64,000 bases of DNA from Myxococcota bacterium (GCA_039028615.1 JBCCHT010000001.1:256001-320000), one strand, 5' to 3'. Numbered from the stretch's first letter, positions 8,871-19,081 are shown. The notes: generated from the sequence alone by a model not told the origin. A program made the numbers and translations.

Positions 8871-10700
8871 ATGTCCCGCCTCCACGAGTCGCTGACCTCG
8901 GCGGCGTGGTGCGTCGTGGTGGTCGTGGCCCTGATCGCCTCGGGCTGCCTTCCGCCGTTGTCCCGCCAGACCAAGCCCGGACCGGACTGGCCCGACCTCG
9001 CGGACGTTCCCGACGGCTCCAACGAAGGCCGTCGCGACGCGGCCGTGGTCGTGGCCCTGGACGACCCCGAGCTCGGCGGACGCCCGGGAGCACGCGCGGT
9101 CGCGGACGCGTGGGCCCGCGAGCTGGTGCACCGACAAGGAGTCCCCGCGCGACGGGTCTGGCTCGTTCGCAACCGACGAGCCACGCCGACCCGGGTGCTG
9201 CGAATCCTCGAGCGAGCCAAGCGACGCGTCCCCGTGGGAGGCTCGATATGGTTCGTGTTCATCGGCCGCGGCAACACCCCGTCCACCGATGCGGCGGGCC
9301 ACCTGCGGCTGGCCCCCGACCGCAAGGGCGACACCCTCGACATGCTGAAGGTGTGGGCGTCGATCGGCTTCGGCCCCCAGCACAGCGCGTTCGCGGTGCT
9401 CGACGCGTGCGACGACTCCCCCGCCGCCGGGCACCTCGGGGGCCTCCCTGCCCTGCGCATGGAGATGCGAGGCGACGCGGTCGACACGATCACCATCAGC
9501 CAACGAGACCGGGCCGACCTGGCCTTCAGGCTACCCGAAGGCCCGATGAAAGGCGGCCCCGTGAGCCTGGCCGTGCTGATGGAACAGGTGAAGACCTTGG
9601 CGCGGCAAGATGGCATCAAGCAGCGCGTTCGCCCAGCCAGCACCGTCTCGATGAGCGCCGGCATCGGGCCACAGTGCGCCGCGACGCTGCCCGCCGGAGA
9701 CGGTCCTGCCCTCAGCTACGCAATGCTCGGCGCCCTGCGGGGATGGGCCGACGACAACGACGATGCGCTCGTGACCGCCGAAGAGGCCACCCGCTACGCC
9801 GGCACCGTCATTCGCCACGCATGGTCACCCGGGCTCCCCGTCCCCAGTCCCGAGGCGGCGGGGGTGAACATGGTCTTGTCCCGAAGCAGCGGCCTGCCCG
9901 CTCCCGACCTCGACGCCATCATCCCGGCCGCGTCCACGCTCGAGGATCGGGCCGCCCTGCCCCCACTTCGATTCGACTTTACGCCCGAGCGCCACGTCCC
10001 CGCCGGTCGCTTCACCATGGGCTGTGCCGGCCACGGCAACTGTGAAGACGATGCCGAGGGCAAGCGTGAAGTCATGGTCTACGACTTCACCATGGACCAG
10101 ACCGAGGTGACCTGGAACGACTACGCCGACTGCGTCGAAGCGGGCGCCTGCACGGCCCTGCAGCTCGATGACTGCTACGCCTATCAGGAAGGCGAAGGGT
10201 TCGTATTGGGCGGCGGCATCGACCCTGCCACCATCACGGGTGAGCACCCGGTGACCTGCGTCAACTGGGTGCAAGCCAACGCCTACTGCGATTGGCAAGG
10301 CGCCCGACTCCCGCGCGAGGCCGAGTGGGAGAAAGCCGCACGGGGCACCGACGGGCGGCTGTACCCCTGGGGCGACGAGGCACCGACCTGCGAGTTCGCC
10401 AACCACAACGGCTGCGCGGAGGGCCCGACCTCCGTAGGTCAGCACCCGGACGGCGCCAGCCCCTATGGCATGCAAGACATGGCGGGCAACGTGTGGGAGT
10501 GGGTCGAGGACTGGTACCAGGAGGATGCCTACGCCCGCACACCTCGTCGCCGCCCGCCGCCCCTGCCCGATCGAAGCTCGGTCAAGGTCGTGCGAGGTGG
10601 CAGCTTCTACGACGAGGCGACCGACCTACGCGCGTCGTATCGCTACGGCCTCACCCCGACCATGGGCTACAGCACGGTCGGCTTTCGCTGCGCCCGATAG
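8871..10700 (+). CDS. Lipoprotein with caspase-like N-domain and SUMF1/FGE-sulfatase domain
   Basis: ASGC lipobox; FTMGC, HPVTCVNW, RLPREAEWEKAARG, DMAGNVWEW, RGGSF, GFRCAR; N-terminal VFIGRG/VLDAC. Confidence 0.85.
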   Translation: MSRLHESLTSAAWCVVVVVALIASGCLPPLSRQTKPGPDWPDLADVPDGSNEGRRDAAVVVALDDPELGGRPGARAVADAWARELVHRQGVPARRVWLVRNRRATPTRVLRILERAKRRVPVGGSIWFVFIGRGNTPSTDAAGHLRLAPDRKGDTLDMLKVWASIGFGPQHSAFAVLDACDDSPAAGHLGGLPALRMEMRGDAVDTITISQRDRADLAFRLPEGPMKGGPVSLAVLMEQVKTLARQDGIKQRVRPASTVSMSAGIGPQCAATLPAGDGPALSYAMLGALRGWADDNDDALVTAEEATRYAGTVIRHAWSPGLPVPSPEAAGVNMVLSRSSGLPAPDLDAIIPAASTLEDRAALPPLRFDFTPERHVPAGRFTMGCAGHGNCEDDAEGKREVMVYDFTMDQTEVTWNDYADCVEAGACTALQLDDCYAYQEGEGFVLGGGIDPATITGEHPVTCVNWVQANAYCDWQGARLPREAEWEKAARGTDGRLYPWGDEAPTCEFANHNGCAEGPTSVGQHPDGASPYGMQDMAGNVWEWVEDWYQEDAYARTPRRRPPPLPDRSSVKVVRGGSFYDEATDLRASYRYGLTPTMGYSTVGFRCAR

Positions 10701-10851
10701 CGAGCGTGCACTTTCGTCTCCGCGCACGGCCGCTCGCGCCGCTCGTGGCAACGGCCCTCGGGCCCCCGATCGCACGGGTGAAACCAGCGCCCAGCCGCCA
10801 CCGCGCACGCTCGCACCTCGCCGTCGTCCTGTGGCAGACTCGCGGCCACCC

Positions 10852-12405
10852 GTGGCTCTTCGCGTCTACAACACCCGCACCCGTACCCTCGAGACGTTCA
10901 CCCCGCAGACCGAAGGCGTGGTTCGGATCTACACCTGCGGGCTCACCGTCTATGCGCCGATGCATATCGGGCACGCGCGTACGTATTGCTTCTGGGACGT
11001 GTTCCGCCGGTACCTCGAGTATCGCGGGTACCACGTCATGAGCGTCATCAACTACACCGACATCGATGACCGCATCATGAACAATGCCGATGCCACGACC
11101 GGCTGGCTCGACATTGCGGAGGGCACGATCGCGGCGTTTCGACGGGACTGCCGATCCCTACGGATCAAGGACTACGCCGCCTACACGCGGGCCACCGACT
11201 TCATCGACGCTCAGGTCGACATGGTCAAGCAGCTGCTCGACAAGGGTCACGCGTACGTGGTCGACGGAGAGGTGCTCTACGACGTCGAGAGCTTCGAGCG
11301 CTACGGCAAGCTCTCCGGCAACACGCTCGACGGACAGCAAGCGGGCGCCAGCGGACGCGTCGGTGAAGACGTCGGCCGCAAGAAGAACCCGGCCGACTTC
11401 ACGCTGTGGAAACCCAGCGCTCCGGGGCAGCCCGTGTGGCAGACCGGTCAGGAACAATGGCCGACGGGGCGCCCGGGCTGGCACATCGAGTGCTCGGCGA
11501 TGAGCTCCGTCATGCTCGGCGAGCACTTCGACGTGCACGGCGGCGCGGTCGACAACCTGTTCCCGCACCACGAGAACGAGATCGCCCAGTCCGAGCCACT
11601 ATGCGGTCACCCGTGGGTCGGCTACTGGATGCATCCCGAGCACCTCGACCTGCGCGGCATCAAGATGAGCAAGTCGCTCGGCAACGTCATCGGGGTGCCG
11701 AACCTGCTCGAGACCCACCGCTACGACGAGATTCGGTGGTTCTTCGCCGCGACTCACTACCGCACCAAGCTCGCGTTCGCCGACGATCTCGTCGGAGCCT
11801 CCTCTGAGGGGTTCAAGAAGATCACGCGAGCGGTGAAGATCCTCGAGGCCCGCCTCGGCGAGGTCGATGCCGAGGCTCGCACCATCCCGGTCGCGGCCCG
11901 CTACGCGAGCCTACGTGCAGGCGACGAGGCGGTGCCCCGAGAGCGCGAGTCGTTCCTGCACGGCGCCTACGCCCAGCAGTCCGGCACGTTCATCACCCGC
12001 TTCATCGAGAGCATGGACGACGACATGGGATGCCCGCGCGCGACCGCGGCCATCTTCGACTACGTCAACGAGCTGTTCGCCGCCGGCATCGAGCAGTCCA
12101 CCGACTACCCCAGCCTGGCCTCCGCCTATCGCTGCCTCGTTCGGCACCTATACGTGTTGGGCATCGAGCTTCCCAACGCGGCTCTGTACCCGGAGCTCGC
12201 AGCCGACTGCGCTCCAGTGACCGGCAGCGCAGAGGCGGCCGCCCCCTACAAGGCGGTCATCGATCGCCTGCTGGAGGCCCGGGCCGAAGCGCGCCGCTCC
12301 AAGGACTTCGCCAAGTCCGACATGATTCGCGATCTCCTCCAAGCCGCAGGCGTGAAGATCGAGGACACCCCCAAGGGGGCCCGCTGGGAACTCGGCGACG
12401 GGTAG
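10852..12405 (+). CDS. cysS: Cysteine--tRNA ligase
   Basis: [37 protein letters not shown]-terminal AKSDMIRD...IEDTPKG; start GTG 10852 ([10 protein letters not shown]). Confidence 0.93.
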   Translation: MALRVYNTRTRTLETFTPQTEGVVRIYTCGLTVYAPMHIGHARTYCFWDVFRRYLEYRGYHVMSVINYTDIDDRIMNNADATTGWLDIAEGTIAAFRRDCRSLRIKDYAAYTRATDFIDAQVDMVKQLLDKGHAYVVDGEVLYDVESFERYGKLSGNTLDGQQAGASGRVGEDVGRKKNPADFTLWKPSAPGQPVWQTGQEQWPTGRPGWHIECSAMSSVMLGEHFDVHGGAVDNLFPHHENEIAQSEPLCGHPWVGYWMHPEHLDLRGIKMSKSLGNVIGVPNLLETHRYDEIRWFFAATHYRTKLAFADDLVGASSEGFKKITRAVKILEARLGEVDAEARTIPVAARYASLRAGDEAVPRERESFLHGAYAQQSGTFITRFIESMDDDMGCPRATAAIFDYVNELFAAGIEQSTDYPSLASAYRCLVRHLYVLGIELPNAALYPELAADCAPVTGSAEAAAPYKAVIDRLLEARAEARRSKDFAKSDMIRDLLQAAGVKIEDTPKGARWELGDG

Positions 12406-12423
12406 GCAGCCGAGGAGTCTCGC

Positions 12424-14613
12424 TCACTGCTCCGCGTGGGCCACGACCACCAGCGCAATCTCGTCGCCTACCTCTTCGCACGCGACATCGAGGCAGCGCT
12501 GCTCACTCTCCGGGTCGAGCGCGGAGAAGCTCTCGTCGAAGACGAGGGCACTGGCATCGTTGCGCATCAACGCGCGAAGCATGGTCAGCCGGTTCCGCTC
12601 GCCGTGGCTCAGCTGCCAGCCGCACTCACCGATCGGCTGGTGGACCCCCGCAGGCATCCGAGCCAGCAGGTCCGACAGGCCCAGCTTTGCGATGAGCTCG
12701 TGCAGCCGCTCCATGTCCTCCTCGCGCGGCGGCCATGGCCGGCCGAGCAGCGCGTTGAAGGCAAAGGTCTGCGTGAGCACATGGCTCTGGTGAAACTGCG
12801 GCACCACGACCACCGCGCGGCGCCACGCTTCGTCACCGACGGTCGCCCGATCGAGGCCGCGGACGGTGACGAGGCCATGCTGTGGGCGAGCGCGTGCGCC
12901 CAAGATCGACAGTAGCGTCGACTTGCCGGACCCCGACGGCCCCTCGAGGAGGATCCGATCACCGCGGCCAATCTCGAGGTCGGCGCCTCTCAGCACGGGG
13001 TTGGTCGCCTGCTCGGGAGAACCCGCCGGGCCGTGCCCCGGGTGGTAGAAGACGATGTCGCGCGCGCTGACGACCGCGTCCTCGGACGAGGGTTCGTCAG
13101 TCTCTACGACGTGTCCGGTTTGCGCAGGCAAGGCCGACCGCGGGGTGCTCGGTCGGGCCTTGGCTCCCGCCCGAACGAGCGGCATCAACTCGCGCATCGA
13201 CGCGAGCCCGCGGGTGAGCTGCTGAATCCCCCCTTGCGCGCTCTCGAGCGCCTGCTGGCACAGCAACACGCCACCGACCGCGACCGCCAAGCTCGTGCCG
13301 CTCGCGGAACCTTCGATGAGCGCAGGGATCGTCGCCATCATGCCGGCCACCAGCCAGGCGCGATCGAGCGTCCATACCGGCAATAGCCGACGATCGAGGG
13401 CTTCGACGGCCGCGTAGTGCCGGGCGAGTTCGTCGTCTTCCGCGACGTGACGGTGCGCTTCGTCAGTCTGCACCAGCCGAGTGCGGTGGCCCTGCATGCG
13501 CTCGATGAGCCCGGCCGTCGTCTGGGCACGCACGACCGCCATCGTCTGCTGGGCCTTCATGAGTCGCCGCAGGATGACGGCCGAGATCACGAGGAACACG
13601 ACGAAGGCCAGCATCAGTACGACGAGTCCGCTGAGCACGAGGATCGCCCCCGCGACGATCAGCTGGATGGCGGCCAAGATTGTCGCGAGCGTCCCCGCGA
13701 TGAGCAGCGAGTCGACCGAGCCCGCTTCCATCACGCGCGCAAAGGCCCGCGACTCGCCATCGGGATCGGGGGCGGCGACGCCCAGCGCCATCGCACCATG
13801 AATGAGGCGCACCTTGAGCGCGCTCGAGGCCTCGAGCGACAGCGCAGCCGCGGCCGTGCTCGCGAGACCGCGGAGCACCACCACGCTGAGCCAGCAGCAC
13901 GCCCACCCCACCAACCATCCGGGCTCGAGCGTCCCGCTGAACGCACCGCTGCCGAGCAAGATCCAGGCGACGATGGCCAGCGCCATGATGGCGATCTGAC
14001 TGACGAGCAGGATCGCCATGGAGCGCAGGCCCCCCGCTCTCGCGATGGTCGCGAGGAGACCATGGCTCGGGTGCGACGAGAGCAACCAGATGCGGGGCGC
14101 GGAGGGATCGGGGCTGGAGCCGCCGTGGGGCAGCGACGTGTCCGTGCGCAGCCGCTTGAGGGTTCGAGTCGCGCGTCCTCGGTGAAGGCTCGGTACGGCC
14201 GCCGAGAGCTTGGCGAGCAATGGATCTTCGGCCGAGCGCGACACGAACCGGGCGAGCGCCCGCGGTGCGACCATGACCACCAGCCCGTCGGGCCCTACGA
14301 CACGCAGCTTCCCGAAGCGTCCGCGCGTGACCGCGAGCCAACCATCCTTGGCCGGGATCTGAACGATCGCAGGCGGAGCAGCGACCCACGCCGCCCGGTC
14401 TTGCTCGCCCTGCCCGTCGCCGACGTCCTCGACCTCGACCGCTCGCAGTCCCACGCCGGCCGCGACCTGCTCGACGGTCGGCGTCAGCCCGAACGTCCTC
14501 GACGGGTCGTCGTGGTTGGACGGCAGCCGGCTTTGGCGATCCCCCGCGAGCGCGCGAACACACGCCCCCATCGCCGACGCGGGCCAGACCGCGGCATCCA
14601 GGTCTACGCTCAT
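12424..14613 (-). CDS. ABC exporter subunit (TMD+NBD, degenerate N-terminal C39-like domain)
   Basis: Walker A GPSGSGKST, LSHGERNR, VFDESFSALD; no catalytic QxxxxDCG; overlaps the upstream transporter stop. Confidence 0.85.
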   Translation of the reverse strand: MSVDLDAAVWPASAMGACVRALAGDRQSRLPSNHDDPSRTFGLTPTVEQVAAGVGLRAVEVEDVGDGQGEQDRAAWVAAPPAIVQIPAKDGWLAVTRGRFGKLRVVGPDGLVVMVAPRALARFVSRSAEDPLLAKLSAAVPSLHRGRATRTLKRLRTDTSLPHGGSSPDPSAPRIWLLSSHPSHGLLATIARAGGLRSMAILLVSQIAIMALAIVAWILLGSGAFSGTLEPGWLVGWACCWLSVVVLRGLASTAAAALSLEASSALKVRLIHGAMALGVAAPDPDGESRAFARVMEAGSVDSLLIAGTLATILAAIQLIVAGAILVLSGLVVLMLAFVVFLVISAVILRRLMKAQQTMAVVRAQTTAGLIERMQGHRTRLVQTDEAHRHVAEDDELARHYAAVEALDRRLLPVWTLDRAWLVAGMMATIPALIEGSASGTSLAVAVGGVLLCQQALESAQGGIQQLTRGLASMRELMPLVRAGAKARPSTPRSALPAQTGHVVETDEPSSEDAVVSARDIVFYHPGHGPAGSPEQATNPVLRGADLEIGRGDRILLEGPSGSGKSTLLSILGARARPQHGLVTVRGLDRATVGDEAWRRAVVVVPQFHQSHVLTQTFAFNALLGRPWPPREEDMERLHELIAKLGLSDLLARMPAGVHQPIGECGWQLSHGERNRLTMLRALMRNDASALVFDESFSALDPESEQRCLDVACEEVGDEIALVVVAHAEQ

Positions 14614-17453
14614 GGCGCCTCCCGTTGTGGCTCGTCGCAGACCTGCCCATCGCGCAACAGCACCCGGCGAAAGCCGCGTCGGGTCCACTGCGATGCGCTC
14701 TTCTGAGCCGCCTCGTGCATGCGGGCAAAGACCCCTTCACTCACGGCCAGCTCCTTCGGATCGCCGTCCTGCACGATCGCCCCGTCGGCGAACACCAGCA
14801 CGCGCTCGAAGTCATCGCACGCGCGCAGGTCATGCGTGACGCACAGCAGCGTCTGTCGACGCGCGGAGGCCCGTCCACGGACCGCGGCCAGCAGCTCCCG
14901 TCGCTCCTCGAACTCGAGGCCGCGAAACGCCTCGTCGAGGATGACGAGGTCTTTGTCCGGGTCCACGAGCGCGCGGGCGAGTCTCAGGCGCTGGCCTTGC
15001 CCCCCCGAAAGCAGGGTGCCGCCCCGCCCCACTCGGGTCTGCATCCCGTCGCGGAAGGTGGTCAGCACTCCAGCGACACCCGACCCGGCGGTTGCATCCA
15101 CCACGCGATCGGGTGTGGCCGCATCCGAGTCGTGCCCGTACGTGATGTTGTCCAGGACCGTGCCTTCCCACAGCTGAACCTGCGGGTCGATCCACGCGCA
15201 CCGTCGACGCAGCGAAGTGATCCTGTCCTTGGTCACCGAGAGCCCATCGATGAGCATGCGACCGGCGCTGGTCTGCAAAAAGCCCAGCAGCACGGCCACG
15301 AAGCTGCTCTTGCCCGCCCCGGAGAGCCCCACGATGGCCACTTGCTCGCCCGCCGCGATGTCGACCGTGATTTCCCGAAGCCGTGGTCGATCCCAGCGGC
15401 CGACCGTGACTCGCTGCATGCTCAAGGCAATCCCACCCTGCGCACCAGCAGCGCGAGGCGAGTCGCCCTGCGCCACGGCCTTCGGGTCGTGCACCGGCTC
15501 CGATTCGCTGGCGTCGGCATCGGCGAAGACCTCGGCTTCCTCGGGAGCGGTCAGCGGCTCGATCAGTCGCGCGACGGTGTTGCGCAGCGGAGGCAGCTGT
15601 CGAAACGCGGTCGCGAGCAGCTGCCCGAACACGGGGATCTGCAGGCTCCAGTAGGCCACCAGCAGCACCCCGGGCGCACTCCCGGCTCCGGTGGCACCAA
15701 GCACCGCCGACTCGACGTAGATCCACACGCACGCGACGGCGGTCGCGGTGCCGAGCCCTGCGGTCAGAACCTCCACGGACAGCGCGATGCGTGCGTAGCG
15801 AGCCAGCGCTCGTCGCCACAGCGCCAGCAGGTGCTCGTGCTCGTCGAGGATCGCCGTCTCGCCGTTCATCGCCCGCAGCGTCGTTCGACCGAGCAGCGCA
15901 TCCAGGTACACCCGAGTGAGCGCGCCGCCCTGCGTCTGGGCCCGAAGCTCTCGCTCGTCCATGGTCGAGCGGAACAGCAGCGGCACGACGATGGTCGCCA
16001 CGCTACCCCCGACCGCCCACGGCCAGGTCTGTGGCGACAACCAATAGAGCCCGATCACGATGGCGACCAGCCCCGCGAAGACCTCGACGAAGGTGCCGAG
16101 CAGGTGCGGGACGGCGCGTAGCGTGGAGATCAAGTGCGCGCGGTAGGCCATGTCCGAGGACAGGCGGCTACGGAAGTGCGTATCGGGAAGACGACCGATC
16201 TTCTCGCGCAGGGCCACGCGAAACCGATGCTCGAGCCGTCGACCGAAGCGCAAGGTCAGCGAACGCGTCCGCACGTCCAGCCCCCACAGCCCCGCGAACA
16301 ACACGGCCGCGAGAGCCGGAGCGGCCACCCGTTGCCACGGCAGCGCCAAGAACGGCTCGATGGTCAACAGCGCCCGAAACAGCAGGCCCTGCACCAAGGT
16401 CGAGAAGGCACCGAGGGCGGTCGCCACCATGGCAAACGCCACGACCAGTCCGCCGCTGCTGACGAGCATGGAGCCGATCCATCGCCACGGCCCGTGCTCC
16501 GGCTCCGCAAAGCGAGCACGCGCCGCATCCTGGTCGACTTGCCCGCTCGCGTCGATGAGCGGTTGTTCCCCGGCGACTGCTTGCGGGGGCGCTTCATCGT
16601 CGTCGTCGTCCTCCTCCTCCTCCTCGGATTCTTCGTACTCCGCGAGTTCTTTGGCGGTGATGCGTCGCACCAAAACCGCTCCGCGAAGCCACGCCGCCGG
16701 GACCCCGAGAATCTGCTCCCCCGGCAGTGTGTCTTCTGCGTCGGTGATGACGGAGAAACACTGGTGCGGGATGACGACCGCGTGGTCACTGAAGATCGTC
16801 GCCAGGGCCGTGGCCGCGGTCCGTCCTCGTCGTAGCGCCCGGGCGTGACACAGCTTGTCGACGAGCCGAAGAGCCCCGTCGAGCCGGCCGATACCCGCGA
16901 TGGTCGGCCGTGACATCGCCTCCCGATGAAGCGGCTCGAACGTGGCCTGGTTGATGCCGAGGGTCCGCGCCCGTCGAAACAAACAACCGCGGAACTCGTC
17001 CCCCTCGAGCCAGTCACGCACGGCGTCGAGCGGCACCGGCATCGTGTGCAGGTAGAGGTTGCGCTCGAGCTCGTCGATCGTCATCCACCGCCGGCCCTCG
17101 GCCGGATCCATGACTTGAACGAAGCGACCCACTCGGCGCCACACCACGACGAAATGGTTCACCCCGCCTGGTAAGGCCACGACGGCCAGCGCGGGCAGGG
17201 CCTCCGCCTCGGGCAGGCACAGGTGGTCGAAGGGCTGCATGACCTGCTCGAGCGGCACGCCGAGTGCACAGCCCACCGCCTCGAGATCGTCGATGGAGGT
17301 CCCGTCGACATCGGTGCGGCACGCCTCGCGCAACCGCCCGTAAGACACGCTGCTACCGAGGCCGTCCAACAACGACTTCAAGGACGCCGGACCGCAGTCC
17401 ATCATCGAGGTCTGCACGACCTCGGGGGCAAAAAACGGCAGACGTCGGCTCAC
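14610..17453 (-). CDS. Peptidase C39-containing ABC transporter (PCAT)
   Basis: QTSMMDCGPASL (Cys), NHFVVV (His), VMDPA (Asp); TMD; GLSGAGKSS, LSGGQGQR, ILDEAF. Confidence 0.9.
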   Translation of the reverse strand: MSRRLPFFAPEVVQTSMMDCGPASLKSLLDGLGSSVSYGRLREACRTDVDGTSIDDLEAVGCALGVPLEQVMQPFDHLCLPEAEALPALAVVALPGGVNHFVVVWRRVGRFVQVMDPAEGRRWMTIDELERNLYLHTMPVPLDAVRDWLEGDEFRGCLFRRARTLGINQATFEPLHREAMSRPTIAGIGRLDGALRLVDKLCHARALRRGRTAATALATIFSDHAVVIPHQCFSVITDAEDTLPGEQILGVPAAWLRGAVLVRRITAKELAEYEESEEEEEDDDDDEAPPQAVAGEQPLIDASGQVDQDAARARFAEPEHGPWRWIGSMLVSSGGLVVAFAMVATALGAFSTLVQGLLFRALLTIEPFLALPWQRVAAPALAAVLFAGLWGLDVRTRSLTLRFGRRLEHRFRVALREKIGRLPDTHFRSRLSSDMAYRAHLISTLRAVPHLLGTFVEVFAGLVAIVIGLYWLSPQTWPWAVGGSVATIVVPLLFRSTMDERELRAQTQGGALTRVYLDALLGRTTLRAMNGETAILDEHEHLLALWRRALARYARIALSVEVLTAGLGTATAVACVWIYVESAVLGATGAGSAPGVLLVAYWSLQIPVFGQLLATAFRQLPPLRNTVARLIEPLTAPEEAEVFADADASESEPVHDPKAVAQGDSPRAAGAQGGIALSMQRVTVGRWDRPRLREITVDIAAGEQVAIVGLSGAGKSSFVAVLLGFLQTSAGRMLIDGLSVTKDRITSLRRRCAWIDPQVQLWEGTVLDNITYGHDSDAATPDRVVDATAGSGVAGVLTTFRDGMQTRVGRGGTLLSGGQGQRLRLARALVDPDKDLVILDEAFRGLEFEERRELLAAVRGRASARRQTLLCVTHDLRACDDFERVLVFADGAIVQDGDPKELAVSEGVFARMHEAAQKSASQWTRRGFRRVLLRDGQVCDEPQREAP

Positions 17454-18631
17454 GGCGAGCGCCCACCGGGTTCGCCGTTGATGGAACGCCCGAGCGCCTG
17501 CAGCATGAGCTCGGCCGGTGTGCTCGTCGCGGTCTCGATCTCGACCTGGCCGGGCAAGCCGTGCACGAGCCGCTCGGCGAGGTCACTCTCCGTGCCATCG
17601 TCCGACACGATCGCGAGTTCGACCCGAACCCCACGTTGTGAGCGCTCACGAGCGACTTCTCTCACTTCGAGTGTCAGCGATCCGTACGACAGCCACGGAA
17701 ACGCATCGAGCCGCATGCGTCCGGTGGCCCCCTCGGCGACTCGACCAAACGCTTGAGACGCGGCCATCCAAGCCACGACGCGAAGCTCTGCACGTCCGAC
17801 CAGGGCGGCCAATGTCTCCCCTTTCCCCACCACGTCTCCGGGGGCATGCCCTTCGAGTGCGGCGACGTAGCCCGACATCGAGGCTCGAACTACGTGGCGT
17901 TCGACGATATCGTTCGCGTCCGCGACATCGGCCTCGAGACCCCGCGCCTCCTCGGTCAAGGCCGCTTCTTCGCCGCGCAGCGTCGCCATGCGCTCCTCGA
18001 CCTCCGCCGCCTTGAGCCTTTGTTCAGCGACGAGTTCTGCCTCTGTATATCGAACGACACCGACTTGAGCAGACAGGGCACGAGAGGTCGCGACTGCGCC
18101 TTCTCGTTCGGCTTGTGCAATCATCCCCGTCAACGCCATTGCCCGGGCGGCCTCCGCTTGTGCACTCTTGGCCCGAGCAACGGCGGCACGGTGCTTTTGC
18201 CGTGTACTCGCTCGGGCACTGTCGTTGACCTGTTCGAGCGCCTCGAGCTGGAGTTCGAGCGCGTCGATACGAGCAACGAGTGCCGTCTTGCGGGTCTGGA
18301 CCGCTCGCAGCTTGCTCTCGCGAGCAACGAGAGTTCGTCGGGCCGCGCTCGCGTCCAACGACACCAACACATCGCCTTCTTCGACCCATTCCCCCAACTC
18401 CACCTCGACCCGCTCCACCACGCCATCCAGGCTCGGTTGAGCGGCAACCGGCAATTCGACGCTCTCGACTCGAGCGTCGGCCGTCGTGGCGTATTGCCTC
18501 ACTTGCGCAAGGACAGCCCAGGCCATCCACCCCGCAAAGACGACCGCGACAATGACGAGAATGAACCGCACATCACCCGCGAACGGGTCGCGACTCATTG
18601 CACGTAAGGTACGAGAAAAGGGTCGAGCCAT
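17450..18631 (-). CDS. HlyD family secretion adaptor
   Basis: N-terminal TM, lipoyl-like GVVERVEVELGEWVEEGDVL, long coiled coil, RLDAFPWLSYG. Confidence 0.85.
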   Translation of the reverse strand: MARPFSRTLRAMSRDPFAGDVRFILVIVAVVFAGWMAWAVLAQVRQYATTADARVESVELPVAAQPSLDGVVERVEVELGEWVEEGDVLVSLDASAARRTLVARESKLRAVQTRKTALVARIDALELQLEALEQVNDSARASTRQKHRAAVARAKSAQAEAARAMALTGMIAQAEREGAVATSRALSAQVGVVRYTEAELVAEQRLKAAEVEERMATLRGEEAALTEEARGLEADVADANDIVERHVVRASMSGYVAALEGHAPGDVVGKGETLAALVGRAELRVVAWMAASQAFGRVAEGATGRMRLDAFPWLSYGSLTLEVREVARERSQRGVRVELAIVSDDGTESDLAERLVHGLPGQVEIETATSTPAELMLQALGRSINGEPGGRSP

Positions 18632-18858
18632 CGAACTCGCAGGACGCTATCAAATCGAGCGACGGTAGTTGTGTTGAAGTGTCGCAAGACAGTGGTGAGA
18701 TGATGCTCACGGGTGTATCGGCCCCTGGGTCGGTGGGATCGTACCGCTTGCTTGGAACCGCGCCATCGTGTGCAAAAAGGCGCTGCCACCCTCTGAACAC
18801 TATTTTTTTGAACTTTGAGTATACCCCCTTGATGCACTGACTGCTACAGTGGTCAGCC
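18632..18858. promoter_or_regulatory. Divergent promoter region (export operon versus peptide/biosynthetic operon)
   Basis: Intergenic between divergent genes; AT-rich tract TATTTTTTTGAACTTTGAGTATAC near 18801-18824. Confidence 0.45.
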
Positions 18859-19014
18859 ATGACTGACAACAAGATCACTGATAGCAAAGCGACCACGAAC
18901 TCCAAGAAGGCGACTTCGAAGGGGATCAAGGTCCGTAGCTCCGTTCGTGCCGCTGCTGCAGCTGCTGCCCCCGCAGGTGCCATCGGTGCTGCGCCTCGTT
19001 GGATGTGCTTCTAA
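18859..19014 (+). CDS. Putative RiPP precursor/scaffold peptide, 51 aa
   Basis: Manual translation: MTDNKITDSKATTNSKKATSKGIKVRSSVRAAAAAAAPAGAIGAAPRWMCF*; too short for the ORF track; lies between the PCAT/HlyD genes and the tailoring operon; followed by a stem-loop. Confidence 0.75.
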   Translation: MTDNKITDSKATTNSKKATSKGIKVRSSVRAAAAAAAPAGAIGAAPRWMCF

Positions 19015-19030
19015 TTAGAAGCTAGCGGCA

Positions 19031-19074
19031 TCAGCCGAGAGGGCGTCGGCTCATGCTGGCGACTTCCCGGCTGA
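19031..19074 (+). other. Stem-loop downstream of the 51-aa peptide gene
   Basis: Outer arms TCAGCCG...CGGCTGA with inner CGTCGGC-tcat-GCTGGCG pairing (G-U allowed); no poly-U tail. Confidence 0.55.
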
Positions 19075-19081
19075 GGCCTTT

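Noticed and set aside
10465..10851. N-terminal extension of cysS in the ORF track (similar extensions on cofC, cofE, PuuD and LLM)
   Set aside because: The extensions overlap neighbouring genes or are low-complexity; family homology starts at the downstream start codons used here.
18573..18983. 136-aa minus-strand ORF over the divergent promoter
   Set aside because: It is antisense to the 51-aa peptide and crosses the AT-rich spacer; the plus-strand peptide fits the operon layout better.
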